From: an archaeon
Lineage (GTDB): Archaea > B1Sed10-29 > WALL01 > JAGHAM01
Assembly (NCBI GenBank): GCA_021107635.1
Contig: JAIOSL010000043.1
Span: forward strand, 9,873 to 73,872
Length of the DNA stretch: 64,000 bases
Reading direction: 5' to 3'
Shown piece by piece: positions 38,682-48,627 of this stretch. The number at the start of each line of letters is the position of its first letter. The first letter of the stretch is position 1. A program made the translations under genes and the position numbers. Under the pieces are notes generated by a model. The model had not been told where the DNA came from, made no database searches, and saw nothing but the letters and a program-made list of their open reading frames with translations.

Positions 38682-39312
38682 AACGTTTTGCTACCCAAGT
38701 AATAGGCAAAACAGTCCAAAGAGTTGAATGTTTTCCATAACCCATAGTTCTGCCTTGTTTCAGTTCAGTATAAAATTCATCTAAGCTTTCGGCTTTTGCC
38801 TTGGTATATGCGTTTCCTATCGAAAACCGGATATGCGAATCGCTTCCTCCGGTCATCGCAAGACCATGCTTTTTAGCAAACTCGAAAGCTTTTTTGTTTC
38901 CACCAGGCTTTTTCATTCTTGAATTAAACACTTCAATTCCATCAATTTGCTTGACAAAATCCTCAGGCTTTTTGAAATAAGTTCGAAAAGTATCAAAAGG
39001 ATGCGGAAATACAGCCAGGCCGCCTTGATCATGAACTGCATCTATAACTTCACAAGGCTCTCTGGTCTTAATCTCTTCAGTTAAGAATAAGCAGAGTATA
39101 TCGCCCATAGTAGAAGAAATTTCTTCTCCAAAAATAACAGGAAAATCCACATTCTTGAAATGTTTCCATGCTTTAATCATGTCATGATCTGTGACAGCAA
39201 TTCCATCAATAACACCCTGCGCGCGTCTTTTTTGAACTGTTTTTATTATTTTGCTGGGAGGAGAGCAGCCATCAGGCGAATACTTTGTATGCAAGTGTAA
39301 ATCCATTTTCAT
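38662..39312 (-). CDS. PHP-domain phosphoesterase
   Basis: DLHLHTKYSPDG, AVTDHD, PHPFD, GGSDSH. Confidence 0.9.
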   Translation of the reverse strand: MKMDLHLHTKYSPDGCSPPSKIIKTVQKRRAQGVIDGIAVTDHDMIKAWKHFKNVDFPVIFGEEISSTMGDILCLFLTEEIKTREPCEVIDAVHDQGGLAVFPHPFDTFRTYFKKPEDFVKQIDGIEVFNSRMKKPGGNKKAFEFAKKHGLAMTGGSDSHIRFSIGNAYTKAKAESLDEFYTELKQGRTMGYGKHSTLWTVLPITWVAKRFIGSKP

Positions 39313-39998
39313 TTTATTTCCTCTTTTATGGCTTGTACTAGTTCTTGTTTGCTGCCTTTAAAGCCGCTTAATATTTTAGGTATACAACTGAAATCTTCTG
39401 CTACCAAGTCAGCTCCTTCTGCCAACAATTTTTCTTTTGAATGCATACCAGTACTTGGAGTTCCTGCGCGTCCAATGGTAATAACGTTTTTTCTTGAGAG
39501 TTTTACGTCATATGTAGAGTCGCCGAAAAATACTATTAAATCTGGGTTTAAAGTGTTTAAGACTATTTGAATGTGTTTTTCTTTGAGACCGGACTCTGCG
39601 CCGTAAACGTCCTTGAAAAAAGAAGTCATGTGTTCTCTTTCTAGGATTGGTTTTATGAAAACTTCCTCATTACCTGAAGAAACGAAAAGATTTGACCCAG
39701 AAAGCTCGGAAAGCATTTTTGGGACATCCGGGAACGGCTTGGATTTTTCAAAAACTTCTTTTATTCTTCTTTCATTGTATTCTTGAATGGATGCATCGAT
39801 TTTTTCTTTTGGCTGTCCAGAAAAAATTTGGTACATTTGGTTCCTATAGGAAATTCCAGCGGTTTCCAAGTAACATCTTCTTGCTTCTTCGATAGGCATG
39901 CCAAAATACTTGTTCATGGTATCAGAAGCCAAGTCTGCATGTAAATGCATTGTGTTGAATAGCGTGCCATCAAAATCAAACATTAAGACTATCATCAA
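39309..39998 (-). CDS. HAD-family phosphatase
   Basis: FDFDGTL, VSSG, K, FGDSTYD. Confidence 0.88.
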   Translation of the reverse strand: MMIVLMFDFDGTLFNTMHLHADLASDTMNKYFGMPIEEARRCYLETAGISYRNQMYQIFSGQPKEKIDASIQEYNERRIKEVFEKSKPFPDVPKMLSELSGSNLFVSSGNEEVFIKPILEREHMTSFFKDVYGAESGLKEKHIQIVLNTLNPDLIVFFGDSTYDVKLSRKNVITIGRAGTPSTGMHSKEKLLAEGADLVAEDFSCIPKILSGFKGSKQELVQAIKEEIK

Positions 39999-40038
39999 TA
40001 TTTATTATAATAGAAAAAGAATAATAAAGTGAAGGAAA

Positions 40039-40620
40039 ATGAAGGACAAAGAAATTAGAACTGCACTGAAAAGCTATAGCGAAACCACGGGCAAGCTCTT
40101 TGGTACTTTTATCAGTCCAAACCAAATGACAATGATAACCTTGCTCTTTGGACTTGCCTCCGCCTTAATGATCTTCCTAAGAGAAGACTATCTGGCAATA
40201 ACTTTTTTTGTTCTCTCCTGCCTAGCAGACTGGATTGATGGAGCCATAGCCAAAGCCACAGGTAAAGTAACTGCCTTTGGAGGCGCGCTTGACTCAATAG
40301 TAGACAAAAGCGCTGAGCTTGCAATATATATTGGTATTGCACTGCGTTCACCAATGTTTTTGTTTCCAGCATTTATTGCGGCTTCAGCAATGATGTGGTC
40401 TAGTTATACCAACCAACGTTGTAAAAGCATTGGACTGGAAGAAGGAATCGGATTCATGCAAAGAAAAGAACGTGCAGCATTGCTTTCAGTGTGCTTGCTT
40501 TTATTTGCGTTTACAATAGGAACAAGTTATATTGTGTCTTTTTTGCTTTATGCAATAGCGTTATTTTCATTCTTAACTGGAATGCATAGAGTGTACTTAG
40601 CCTATAGGAGAAGTGTTTAG
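40039..40620 (+). CDS. CDP-alcohol phosphatidyltransferase (archaetidylinositol-phosphate-synthase-like)
   Basis: SPNQMT, DWIDGAIAK...GGALDSIVDK, SYT..R, GFMQRKER. Confidence 0.85.
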   Translation: MKDKEIRTALKSYSETTGKLFGTFISPNQMTMITLLFGLASALMIFLREDYLAITFFVLSCLADWIDGAIAKATGKVTAFGGALDSIVDKSAELAIYIGIALRSPMFLFPAFIAASAMMWSSYTNQRCKSIGLEEGIGFMQRKERAALLSVCLLLFAFTIGTSYIVSFLLYAIALFSFLTGMHRVYLAYRRSV

Positions 40621-41388
40621 ATGAAAGCTATTGGAATTCATAGAGAGCAAGACTTTGCGGGAAACCCTGAAGGTGACGAAAGGATATTAACTCTGGTTGG
40701 AGAAGAACTTGAGAGAGAAAAAGTTCAAGTAGAATTGAAACATCCAGTAGAAGTCACTGGAAAAGAAAAAGCAGACCTTGTTTTTACAATGGCGAGAAGC
40801 GAAAGCACAAGACAAAAAATAAGTGAAATAGAAAAAAATGGTGCGATTGTTGTCAACAACCCAAAAGCCATAGGCGAATCACTTAACAGAGAATTATCAT
40901 ACCAAAGACTTAAACAAGCTGGAGCAAGAATCCCAGAAACATACACTAAAAATATCAGTGAATTAACCTTTGAAGAACTGAACGGACATAAATTCTTGAA
41001 AAGAGCAGATAGGCATGAACAATGGTTTGACGTCTCAACCAAACCAGAATTCAAAGCAGCAATGGCATTTTACAAAAATCATGAAGCTGAAAGAGTTGTA
41101 GTCCAAAAATTTATTCCAGGAGAACACATCAAATTTTATGTAATAGGTAACAGAGCAATCTTTCCAGAAGGCACCAAAAATCTTACTGAACTAGCAAAAC
41201 AATCAATTTATGGTGGAAAAGCTTGTGGACTTGAGATATATGGAGGCGACTTTATTGTGAACGAACAAGCATACCTAGTCGACCTGAACGACTGGCCAAG
41301 CTTTGGTTCAGTTCAAGGATACACTCAAGAAGAAGCGGCAAAAACCATAGCAGAATACCTAGCCCAAAAACTTAAACAAACAAAGTGA
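40621..41388 (+). CDS. ATP-grasp-fold protein
   Basis: IVVN, FLKRAD, VVQKFIPG..IKFY, GLEIYGGDFIV..VDLNDWPSF. Confidence 0.75.
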   Translation: MKAIGIHREQDFAGNPEGDERILTLVGEELEREKVQVELKHPVEVTGKEKADLVFTMARSESTRQKISEIEKNGAIVVNNPKAIGESLNRELSYQRLKQAGARIPETYTKNISELTFEELNGHKFLKRADRHEQWFDVSTKPEFKAAMAFYKNHEAERVVVQKFIPGEHIKFYVIGNRAIFPEGTKNLTELAKQSIYGGKACGLEIYGGDFIVNEQAYLVDLNDWPSFGSVQGYTQEEAAKTIAEYLAQKLKQTK

Positions 41389-41393
41389 TAACA

Positions 41394-41663
41394 ATGCCTA
41401 GCATAGAAGAACTTGAAAAAGAAATCAAAGAAATAAAACAAAGGAACAAGGTAGTTGAGGGAAACAAATCCTGGGAAACCAGCTGGGCAAGAAAAATAGT
41501 GATTTTTGTTCTAACTTACATTGCAATAAGCGCATACTTCTACTTTGCACAACTTCCAGACCCTTTCCTTAATGCAGTAGTGCCAGCATTTGCGTTCGTG
41601 CTTTCCACTTTAACACTTCCATTCTTCAAGAAACACTGGCTGAAAAGCATGTATAATCAATGA
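41394..41663 (+). CDS. Small membrane protein
   Basis: RNKVVE..KSWETSW.R followed by two TM helices. Confidence 0.7.
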   Translation: MPSIEELEKEIKEIKQRNKVVEGNKSWETSWARKIVIFVLTYIAISAYFYFAQLPDPFLNAVVPAFAFVLSTLTLPFFKKHWLKSMYNQ

Positions 41664-41702
41664 ACACAATAATAAATAGCCCTTTATCCACAATTAAAGC
41701 CA

Positions 41703-42608
41703 ATGCTCAAAACAAAATTAGCAGGAATCAAACTGAAAAACCCTACTGTTCTATGTTCTGGAATCCTTGGTACCAGCGCGGCAATTCTCAAGCGAGTCGA
41801 ACGCAACGGAGCAGGCGCACTAACACTCAAATCCATTGGTCCTCAGCCACGCGAAGGCCACAATAATCCTACAGTAATAGCATATGAATCAGGGCTTTTG
41901 AACGCTGTTGGACTCTCAACACCAGGATACAAAAACATGGAAGAAGAATGGAAAGAACTTCAAGACATAAAAATCCCAGTAATAGCCAGCATTTATGGCG
42001 GAAGCATAGAAGAATTTGTGGAAATAGCAGAATTTGTTGCAGAAAAAAAACCTTCCATGATTGAACTAAACATAAGCTGTCCCAATACCAAAAAACACGG
42101 CCAACTGTTCGGCTTTGAACCGGATGTAGCAGGAGAAGTAGTAAGCAAAGTTAAAGCAGTAAGTAAAGTGCCAATAATGCCTAAGTTAACTCCGAACACC
42201 CCAAAACTCAAAGAAGTTGCTAAAGCCTGTGAAGACGCAGGAGCAGACGCCATAGCAGCTATTAACACTGTAGGACCAGGCATGATAATAGACATAGAAA
42301 CAGCAAAACCAATCCTACACTTCAAAACAGGCGGCTTAAGTGGACCCGCAATACGCCCAATCGCAGTGCGCTGCGTTTATGACATCTATGAAACAGTTAA
42401 CATTCCAATCCTTGGCATGGGTGGAATTACAAACGGAAAAGACGCAATGGAAGTGCTCATGGCAGGAGCTAATGCAGTTGGTATTGGCTCTGCAACTTAT
42501 TATCGAGGAATAGAAGCATTTAGCCTAGTCAGCCAAGAACTAGAAACCTTAATGAAAGAACAAGGCTACACAAACATAAAAGAAATAACGGGGACTGCAC
42601 ATGAATGA
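41703..42608 (+). CDS. pyrD: Dihydroorotate dehydrogenase class 1B
   Basis: NAVGL, ELNISCPN, KLTPN, INT, GGLSGPAIRP. Confidence 0.95.
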   Translation: MLKTKLAGIKLKNPTVLCSGILGTSAAILKRVERNGAGALTLKSIGPQPREGHNNPTVIAYESGLLNAVGLSTPGYKNMEEEWKELQDIKIPVIASIYGGSIEEFVEIAEFVAEKKPSMIELNISCPNTKKHGQLFGFEPDVAGEVVSKVKAVSKVPIMPKLTPNTPKLKEVAKACEDAGADAIAAINTVGPGMIIDIETAKPILHFKTGGLSGPAIRPIAVRCVYDIYETVNIPILGMGGITNGKDAMEVLMAGANAVGIGSATYYRGIEAFSLVSQELETLMKEQGYTNIKEITGTAHE

Positions 42609-43356
42609 ACAAGACTATCCACAAGGCACCAAAATCATTGAAATCAAACAAGAAACGCCCACAGTGAAAACCGTAGTATTCCAAAGAGAATTTAACTTCA
42701 AACCAGGGCAATTTGTCATGGTATGGGTTCCCGGCCTAGACGAAGTACCCATGAGCCTATCCTCAAAAAACAGCATAACAATCAAAGACGTAGGCGAAAC
42801 CACACACGCACTACATGCAATGAAACCAAGTGACAAAATCGGCTTACGAGGACCTTACGGCAATGGCTTCTCCCTAAAAGAGAAAAACATTCTCGCAGTA
42901 GGTGGAGGATTTGGAACAGCCCCACTCAAACCATTGTTCAAAAACACAAACATAAAATGGATTATTGGAGCCAGAAACAAAGAAGAACTACTATTTACTG
43001 AAGAAATAGACACACTAATCTGCACAGATGACGGATCAAAAGGAGAAAAAGCTTTTGTCACAGTACTCGCTGACCGCGAGCTCGCAACAGGCAAATATGA
43101 TCTTGTTATATCATGCGGACCAGAAATCATGCTAAAAAATCTCTTCAAAGTCTGTGAACAGCATAACATAAACGCTGAATTCAGCCTAGAACGCTATATG
43201 AAATGCGGTTTTGGTATATGCGGACACTGTGCCATGGACCCAACTGGCTGGATGGTTTGCAAAGACGGACCAGTAGCAAACAGTAAAATTCTCAGAGAGC
43301 TCAAAGAATTTGGAGAATACACTCGAGACAAAAAAGGCGAAGTGACCTCTTTATGA
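42601..43356 (+). CDS. pyrK: Dihydroorotate dehydrogenase electron-transfer subunit
   Basis: PGQFVM, RGPYGNGF, GGGFGTAP, CGP, MKCGFGICGHC..VCKDGP. Confidence 0.93.
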   Translation: MNEQDYPQGTKIIEIKQETPTVKTVVFQREFNFKPGQFVMVWVPGLDEVPMSLSSKNSITIKDVGETTHALHAMKPSDKIGLRGPYGNGFSLKEKNILAVGGGFGTAPLKPLFKNTNIKWIIGARNKEELLFTEEIDTLICTDDGSKGEKAFVTVLADRELATGKYDLVISCGPEIMLKNLFKVCEQHNINAEFSLERYMKCGFGICGHCAMDPTGWMVCKDGPVANSKILRELKEFGEYTRDKKGEVTSL

Positions 43357-44639
43357 GCCTAGCAATCAAAAACGGCAAAGTCTACTTAAGCGGAAAACTA
43401 ATAGAAGCAGAAATACTCTGCGTTAACGGAAAAATCAGAGAAATAGCTAAACATGTCAAAGGCGAACAAGAACTTGATGTAAACGAACAAATAGTTCTAC
43501 CAGGAATAATAGACGCTCACGTACACTTTCGCGTACCAGGAGGAGAACACAAAGAAGACTGGAACACAGGTTCACGCAGCGCGGTGAAGGGAGGAGTTAC
43601 TTCTGTTTTTGATATGCCAAACACAAACCCGGCAATCATTACAAACGCACTGCTAGAAAAAAAACGCAAACTAGTCAAAAATAAAAGTTTTGTTAATTAT
43701 GGATTCTACTTCGGAGCATCAAAAGAACACCTAGAAGAACTAAACAAAATTCAAAACGTGCCAGGAATCAAAATATACATGTCCTCTACTACTGGTGACT
43801 TGCTTGTAGAAGACGAAGAAAACATAAAAAAAGTTTTCCAAGAAATCAAAAAAAGAAATCAACTAGCATTCTGTCATGCTGAAGACGAAACCATGCTACA
43901 AAAGGCAATAGCAAATGCAGATCCAAGCGACCCGTTAGTGCACTGCAAATCCAGGCCAAAACAATGTGCGATAGAAGGCGCAAGACACGCTTGCGAAATA
44001 GCAAAACAGGTAGGCAATAGACTCCATATAACACACATTAGCACACCAGAAGAAGTTGAAGTAATAAAACAGCATAAAGCTAGCTGTGATACCACAACCA
44101 CATATCTTTTCCTAGAAGAACGCGACCTTGAAGAAAAAGGCAACTATGCTAAGATGAATCCGCCAGTAAGAAGCCACGAAGACAGAATGGCACTCTGGGA
44201 AGAACTAAAAGCAGGTCGAGTTGACATGATCACCACCGACCATGCTCCACACACCAAAGAAGAAAAAGACCGTGACTACGCTGAATCACCAGCAGGCGTT
44301 CCAGGCGTTCAAACGCTAGTACCATTACTACTCAATGAAGTTAACCGAAGAAACCTCTCAATACAAGACTTTGTGAGAATGACCAGTGAAAACCCTGCAC
44401 TCATAACACGCGCAAAGAACAAAGGTAGTATCGCTGAAGGTTTCGATGCAGACCTGACAATAATAGACATGCACTTAAGGAAAAAAGTTAGCGATGACGC
44501 TATTGAAAGCAAGTGCGCGTGGACTCCTTATCACGGACGCAGCCTTAAAGGATGGCCGACAGCAACCATAGTCAACGGACGAATCGCGTGGGATGGAAGT
44601 TTCCAAGAACGCAACGGCAAAGAAGTCATATTCAAATAA
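43353..44639 (+). CDS. pyrC: Dihydroorotase
   Basis: PGIIDAHVHFR, DMPNT, HAED, TDHAPH. Located in the pyr operon. Confidence 0.92.
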   Translation: MSLAIKNGKVYLSGKLIEAEILCVNGKIREIAKHVKGEQELDVNEQIVLPGIIDAHVHFRVPGGEHKEDWNTGSRSAVKGGVTSVFDMPNTNPAIITNALLEKKRKLVKNKSFVNYGFYFGASKEHLEELNKIQNVPGIKIYMSSTTGDLLVEDEENIKKVFQEIKKRNQLAFCHAEDETMLQKAIANADPSDPLVHCKSRPKQCAIEGARHACEIAKQVGNRLHITHISTPEEVEVIKQHKASCDTTTTYLFLEERDLEEKGNYAKMNPPVRSHEDRMALWEELKAGRVDMITTDHAPHTKEEKDRDYAESPAGVPGVQTLVPLLLNEVNRRNLSIQDFVRMTSENPALITRAKNKGSIAEGFDADLTIIDMHLRKKVSDDAIESKCAWTPYHGRSLKGWPTATIVNGRIAWDGSFQERNGKEVIFK

Positions 44640-44676
44640 ATATCTCTATAGAGAAGACTAGGTAAAGGTGAATAGA

Positions 44677-45666
44677 ATGAAACAAATATTACTACTTGGA
44701 TTACTACTTACGGCAGTATTCATTATTGGGTGTACAGAAATCCCAGAATGCGAAACAGTTGCAGACTGTCCAAAAATAAACGGAACAATAGTAACATGTC
44801 AAGACGGAGGATGTCACTACATACCAGAAGACGAAGCACCAGAATGCCTAACAGCAATTGATTGCCCAGAAAAAGAAGGAGCAACAGTAAACTGCACCGA
44901 AGAAGGATGGTGCGTATACATAAAAATAGACGAAGAACATGAACCAGAATGCGAAACCGCACAAGACTGTAGAGAAATACCAGGAACAACAGTAATCTGC
45001 AACGAAGGCAGAGGATGCCAATACACAAAAGTAGACAACGGAACCAACGAACCAGAATGCGAAACCGCAGCAGACTGTCCGCCAAAAAACGGAACAGTAG
45101 TATTCTGCACCGAAGACGGAGGATGTCACTACATACCAGAAGACGAAGCACCAGAATGCCTAACAGCAATTGATTGCCCAGAAAAAGAAGGAGCAACAGT
45201 AAACTGCACCGAAGAAGGAGGATGCCAATACACAAAAATAGACAAATACGAAGAACCAGAATGCACAACAGCACAAGACTGCACACCAATAGAAGGAACA
45301 ACAGTAATCTGTAACGAAGAAGGATGGTGCGAATACACAAAAATAAACAACGAAACCAACGAACCAGAATGCACAACACCAGAAGACTGCCCACCAAAAA
45401 ACGGAACAATAGTATTCTGCAAAAACGAAGGATGCTACTACATGCCAGAAGACGAAGCACCAGAATGCCTAACAGCAACAGACTGCACACCAATAAATGG
45501 GACAGTAGTATTCTGCACGGAAGACGGAGAATGCCTCTACATGCCAGAAGACGAAGCACCAGAATGCTTAATGGATGATGACTGTCCACCGATGGAAGGA
45601 ATGACAGTAACATGCACTGAAGACGGAGAATGTGACTACAAATCAGATGACAACGAAGAAGACTGA
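44677..45666 (+). CDS. Lipoprotein with nine 4-Cys acidic repeats
   Basis: Lipobox-like FIIGC, then 9 x PEC-x4-DC-x9-C-x4/5-C-x-Y. Confidence 0.8.
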   Translation: MKQILLLGLLLTAVFIIGCTEIPECETVADCPKINGTIVTCQDGGCHYIPEDEAPECLTAIDCPEKEGATVNCTEEGWCVYIKIDEEHEPECETAQDCREIPGTTVICNEGRGCQYTKVDNGTNEPECETAADCPPKNGTVVFCTEDGGCHYIPEDEAPECLTAIDCPEKEGATVNCTEEGGCQYTKIDKYEEPECTTAQDCTPIEGTTVICNEEGWCEYTKINNETNEPECTTPEDCPPKNGTIVFCKNEGCYYMPEDEAPECLTATDCTPINGTVVFCTEDGECLYMPEDEAPECLMDDDCPPMEGMTVTCTEDGECDYKSDDNEED

Positions 45667-45703
45667 ACATAACAAAATAGCGTAATTTAACGAGGTGTAA
45701 CAC

Positions 45704-46324
45704 ATGGACTGGAACGAAAAAAAGAAAAAACTAGCAAAAACATTATACGACATGAAAGCCATTAAATTCGGAGAATTTACTTTAGTATCAGGAAAAACAA
45801 GCCCGTACTATATTGACCTGCGCGTTGTACCGTCATATCCTGAAGCATACGACTACATCACAGACTTGTACGTAGACAAAATCAAAGAAGAGCTCACCCC
45901 AAACGGAAACGAAGTGCTTGTAGGAGTACCCACAGCAGGAGTACCATTAGCAAGCCTAATCGCCTACAAAATGAAAACACCCATGGCATACATACGCAAG
46001 AAAGCAAAAGATCATGGCACATCAAAACGCGTAGAAGGAATAATCAAACCAGACCAGAAAATCATCGTTATTGAAGACCTCATAACCAGCGGAAAAAGCA
46101 TTATAGGAACAGTTAACGACCTCCGTGAAGCAGGATTCGAATCAAAAGAGGTAGTGCTATTAGTCGACAGGCTCCAAGGAGGACCTGAAAAAATGAAACA
46201 AGAAGGCGTGACAGTCAGACCAATAATGACAGTGCTTGAAGTAGTGAATGCCTTGGAAGAAGATGGCATTATTCCAGCAGAACAAGCAAAAACCATCAGA
46301 GATTACGTGGAGGCAGAACAATGA
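45704..46324 (+). CDS. pyrE: Orotate phosphoribosyltransferase
   Basis: FGEFTLVSGKTSPYYIDLR, RKKAKDHG, VIEDLITSGKS. Confidence 0.95.
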   Translation: MDWNEKKKKLAKTLYDMKAIKFGEFTLVSGKTSPYYIDLRVVPSYPEAYDYITDLYVDKIKEELTPNGNEVLVGVPTAGVPLASLIAYKMKTPMAYIRKKAKDHGTSKRVEGIIKPDQKIIVIEDLITSGKSIIGTVNDLREAGFESKEVVLLVDRLQGGPEKMKQEGVTVRPIMTVLEVVNALEEDGIIPAEQAKTIRDYVEAEQ

Positions 46325-47199
46325 ACTTCGCAGACACTCTTATAAAAGCAATAGACAAAAAACAAAACCCCAGTATTGTCGGCCTAGACCCTCGCATCGA
46401 AAGCATTCCAGATGCAATAAAAGAAGGGAAAAATCCAGCTGAAGCATTCCTAGAATTCAACAAAGGAATCATCAACGCAGTCAAAGACACAGTACCAGCA
46501 GTAAAACCACAGATTGCCTTCTATGAACAATACGGAGTAGAAGGAATAAAAACATTCATCGAAACAGTTCAATACGCCAAATCAAAAGGCATGGTTGTCG
46601 TAGGAGACGTAAAACGCAACGATATAGGCAGCACAGCCAAAGCATATGCAAACGCACACCTAGGAGAAGCATTTGGTCTAGACGCAGTAACGGTCAATGC
46701 ATATTTAGGCACTGATGGAGTACAACCATTCCTAGACAAAACAACTGAAGGCAAAGGAATGTTCATTCTCGTAAAAACCTCAAACCCCTCCTCAGGCGAA
46801 CTCCAAGACCAACTGCTAGATGATGGAAGAAGCGTCTACCAAGCAATGGCAGAACTTGTAAACGGATGGGGACAAAACAGCATTGGAGAAAAAGGATATA
46901 ATTCTGTGGGAGCTGTAGTCGGCGCAACTTATCCAAAAGAAGCTGAACGCCTCAGAGAAATAATGCCAAAAACCATCTTCCTTGTACCTGGATACGGAGC
47001 TCAAGGAGGCGGAGCAGATGACGTGCTACCTTGTTTTAACGCTGATGGCTACGGCGCGATAGTTAATTCTTCCAGAGGAGTAATCTTTGCATATCAAAAA
47101 CAAGGCGGAGAATTTGATGAAGCAGCAGGTAAAGCAGCTCAAGCCATGAAAGACGACCTAAAAACGTCCCTCAGAAAAGCAGGAAAGTGGCCTTGGTGA
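46321..47199 (+). CDS. pyrF: Orotidine-5'-phosphate decarboxylase
   Basis: VGLDP, KPQIAFYE, DVKRNDIGST, KTSNPS, LVPGYGAQGG, NSSRG. Confidence 0.95.
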   Translation: MNFADTLIKAIDKKQNPSIVGLDPRIESIPDAIKEGKNPAEAFLEFNKGIINAVKDTVPAVKPQIAFYEQYGVEGIKTFIETVQYAKSKGMVVVGDVKRNDIGSTAKAYANAHLGEAFGLDAVTVNAYLGTDGVQPFLDKTTEGKGMFILVKTSNPSSGELQDQLLDDGRSVYQAMAELVNGWGQNSIGEKGYNSVGAVVGATYPKEAERLREIMPKTIFLVPGYGAQGGGADDVLPCFNADGYGAIVNSSRGVIFAYQKQGGEFDEAAGKAAQAMKDDLKTSLRKAGKWPW

Positions 47200-47303
47200 A
47201 TAGATAGTTTTAGTGTTTATTCCAATATGCTAACAGGTATGAATGGCACGGAAAAAGCATATAAAGGAATGGCAACCAACACTTAATAGTTGGTGTGTTG
47301 CTT

Positions 47304-48197
47304 ATGGTGTGGCTAATAGATTTGATAAATCTCATATTTGGTTTATTCATAATGTTATTGATGTTTATACCGACTGCAATGATAGCAGTATTTTTTATAC
47401 AATTCATGAGCGCGCTTGCCCTAAAAAAGCCAACAAAAGAAGAAACTGAAAAGAAAGGGATCAAAAAGTTTTTTAAAAAAGATTGGAAGATAATTCCAGA
47501 TGTAACAAAAAAGGATATTAAAAGAGTAATCAAAAAACCGTCTGGAATAAGCCTGATTGTAGCAAATCTCGTGATACTTATAAGTGCAGTCTCTATTTTC
47601 AATACTTTATGGGCTTTCCTTCTCATTTATTGGATGGAAAGTGCTATGATAGGATTTTATCACGTTCTAAAAATGCTATTAGTAAAAGGTGGAAGTCAGT
47701 TAAGAGACAACAAATTTGTCATGATACCCGCATTCATTTTTCTATTTGGCTATTATATGGCCAATCTTTTGTTATGGGTGTTTGCTATTCTCATAAGCAC
47801 AGCGGAAATCCCAGACATGACCCAAGTGTTTTCTATTCTGTTAGGAGTAGGTTTATTATTCTTGAGCCACGGAATTTCGTTCTATACAAATTTCCTGAAG
47901 AAAAAAGAATACGAGAAAAAAACTCTCCGAGAAATTATGTTTACTCCGTTCAGAAGAACCATAGTAATGCAACTCTCAATCGGCTTACTTTACCTTCTAG
48001 TAATACCTTTAGCAGCTATAATGATAAAGTTAGTGGAGATTCTTTTCATAACATTCGAATTAATGCCTAAAGAAAATTTTGAAATTTTAGGCGCTCAAAT
48101 AATTTTGTATTTTGTCGCTGCAGTGATAATAACCGGTAAAACTCTAATAGACCTAGCTTCTCATGCAGCAGAAAGAAAACGCTTTGGCTCGTTATAG
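47304..48197 (+). CDS. DUF6498-like membrane protein
   Basis: LIVANL, YWMES..IGFY..KM, LFLSHGISF..NF...EY, KTLIDL..H..ER. Confidence 0.7.
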   Translation: MVWLIDLINLIFGLFIMLLMFIPTAMIAVFFIQFMSALALKKPTKEETEKKGIKKFFKKDWKIIPDVTKKDIKRVIKKPSGISLIVANLVILISAVSIFNTLWAFLLIYWMESAMIGFYHVLKMLLVKGGSQLRDNKFVMIPAFIFLFGYYMANLLLWVFAILISTAEIPDMTQVFSILLGVGLLFLSHGISFYTNFLKKKEYEKKTLREIMFTPFRRTIVMQLSIGLLYLLVIPLAAIMIKLVEILFITFELMPKENFEILGAQIILYFVAAVIITGKTLIDLASHAAERKRFGSL

Positions 48198-48249
48198 GAT
48201 AAAACAAAACTATTTAAATCGTTGTTTCATACTCTTGTTAAGTGATAAA

Positions 48250-48627
48250 ATGGGCATGTTTGATTTTCTGAAAGGAGAAACAGAAGAACAAAAAATGAAA
48301 ATAAAAAGAGAAGAACGACAACAAAAAATGGAAATGCAAAAAAAATTGATAGAGAATAAAGGCAAACCATTGAAAATACTAATACAAGACACTTATGAAA
48401 TAACAGGTATAGGATTAGTGGCAGTGGGTAGAGTTGAAAGTGGAATAGCAGAGATAGGTCAACAAGTTGTAGTCCGGCCCTCTGGAGCTACTGGAGAAAT
48501 TAAAACAATTGAAGCAAACCACCAAAAACTACAGCAAGCCGCTCCTGGTACCAGCATTGGATTTAGTATCAGTGGAATAAACAAAAGTCAAATTGGTAAA
48601 GGAAGTATTGTAGAAATACTAGAATGA
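48250..48627 (+). CDS. Stand-alone EF-Tu/EF-1A domain II-like protein
   Basis: PLKILIQDTYEITGIGLVAVGRVESG...IEANHQ.L..A.PG..IGF, with no G-domain. Confidence 0.75.
   Translation: MGMFDFLKGETEEQKMKIKREERQQKMEMQKKLIENKGKPLKILIQDTYEITGIGLVAVGRVESGIAEIGQQVVVRPSGATGEIKTIEANHQKLQQAAPGTSIGFSISGINKSQIGKGSIVEILE

Noticed and set aside
44740..45660. Possible CRISPR array
   Set aside because: The repeats are in-frame coding units with related intervening sequence, and no cas genes are present.
44723..45703. 326-aa antisense ORF over the Cys-repeat gene
   Set aside because: It is a shadow of a T-poor repetitive coding strand. The same applies to the many F/S/L-rich antisense ORFs in the track.
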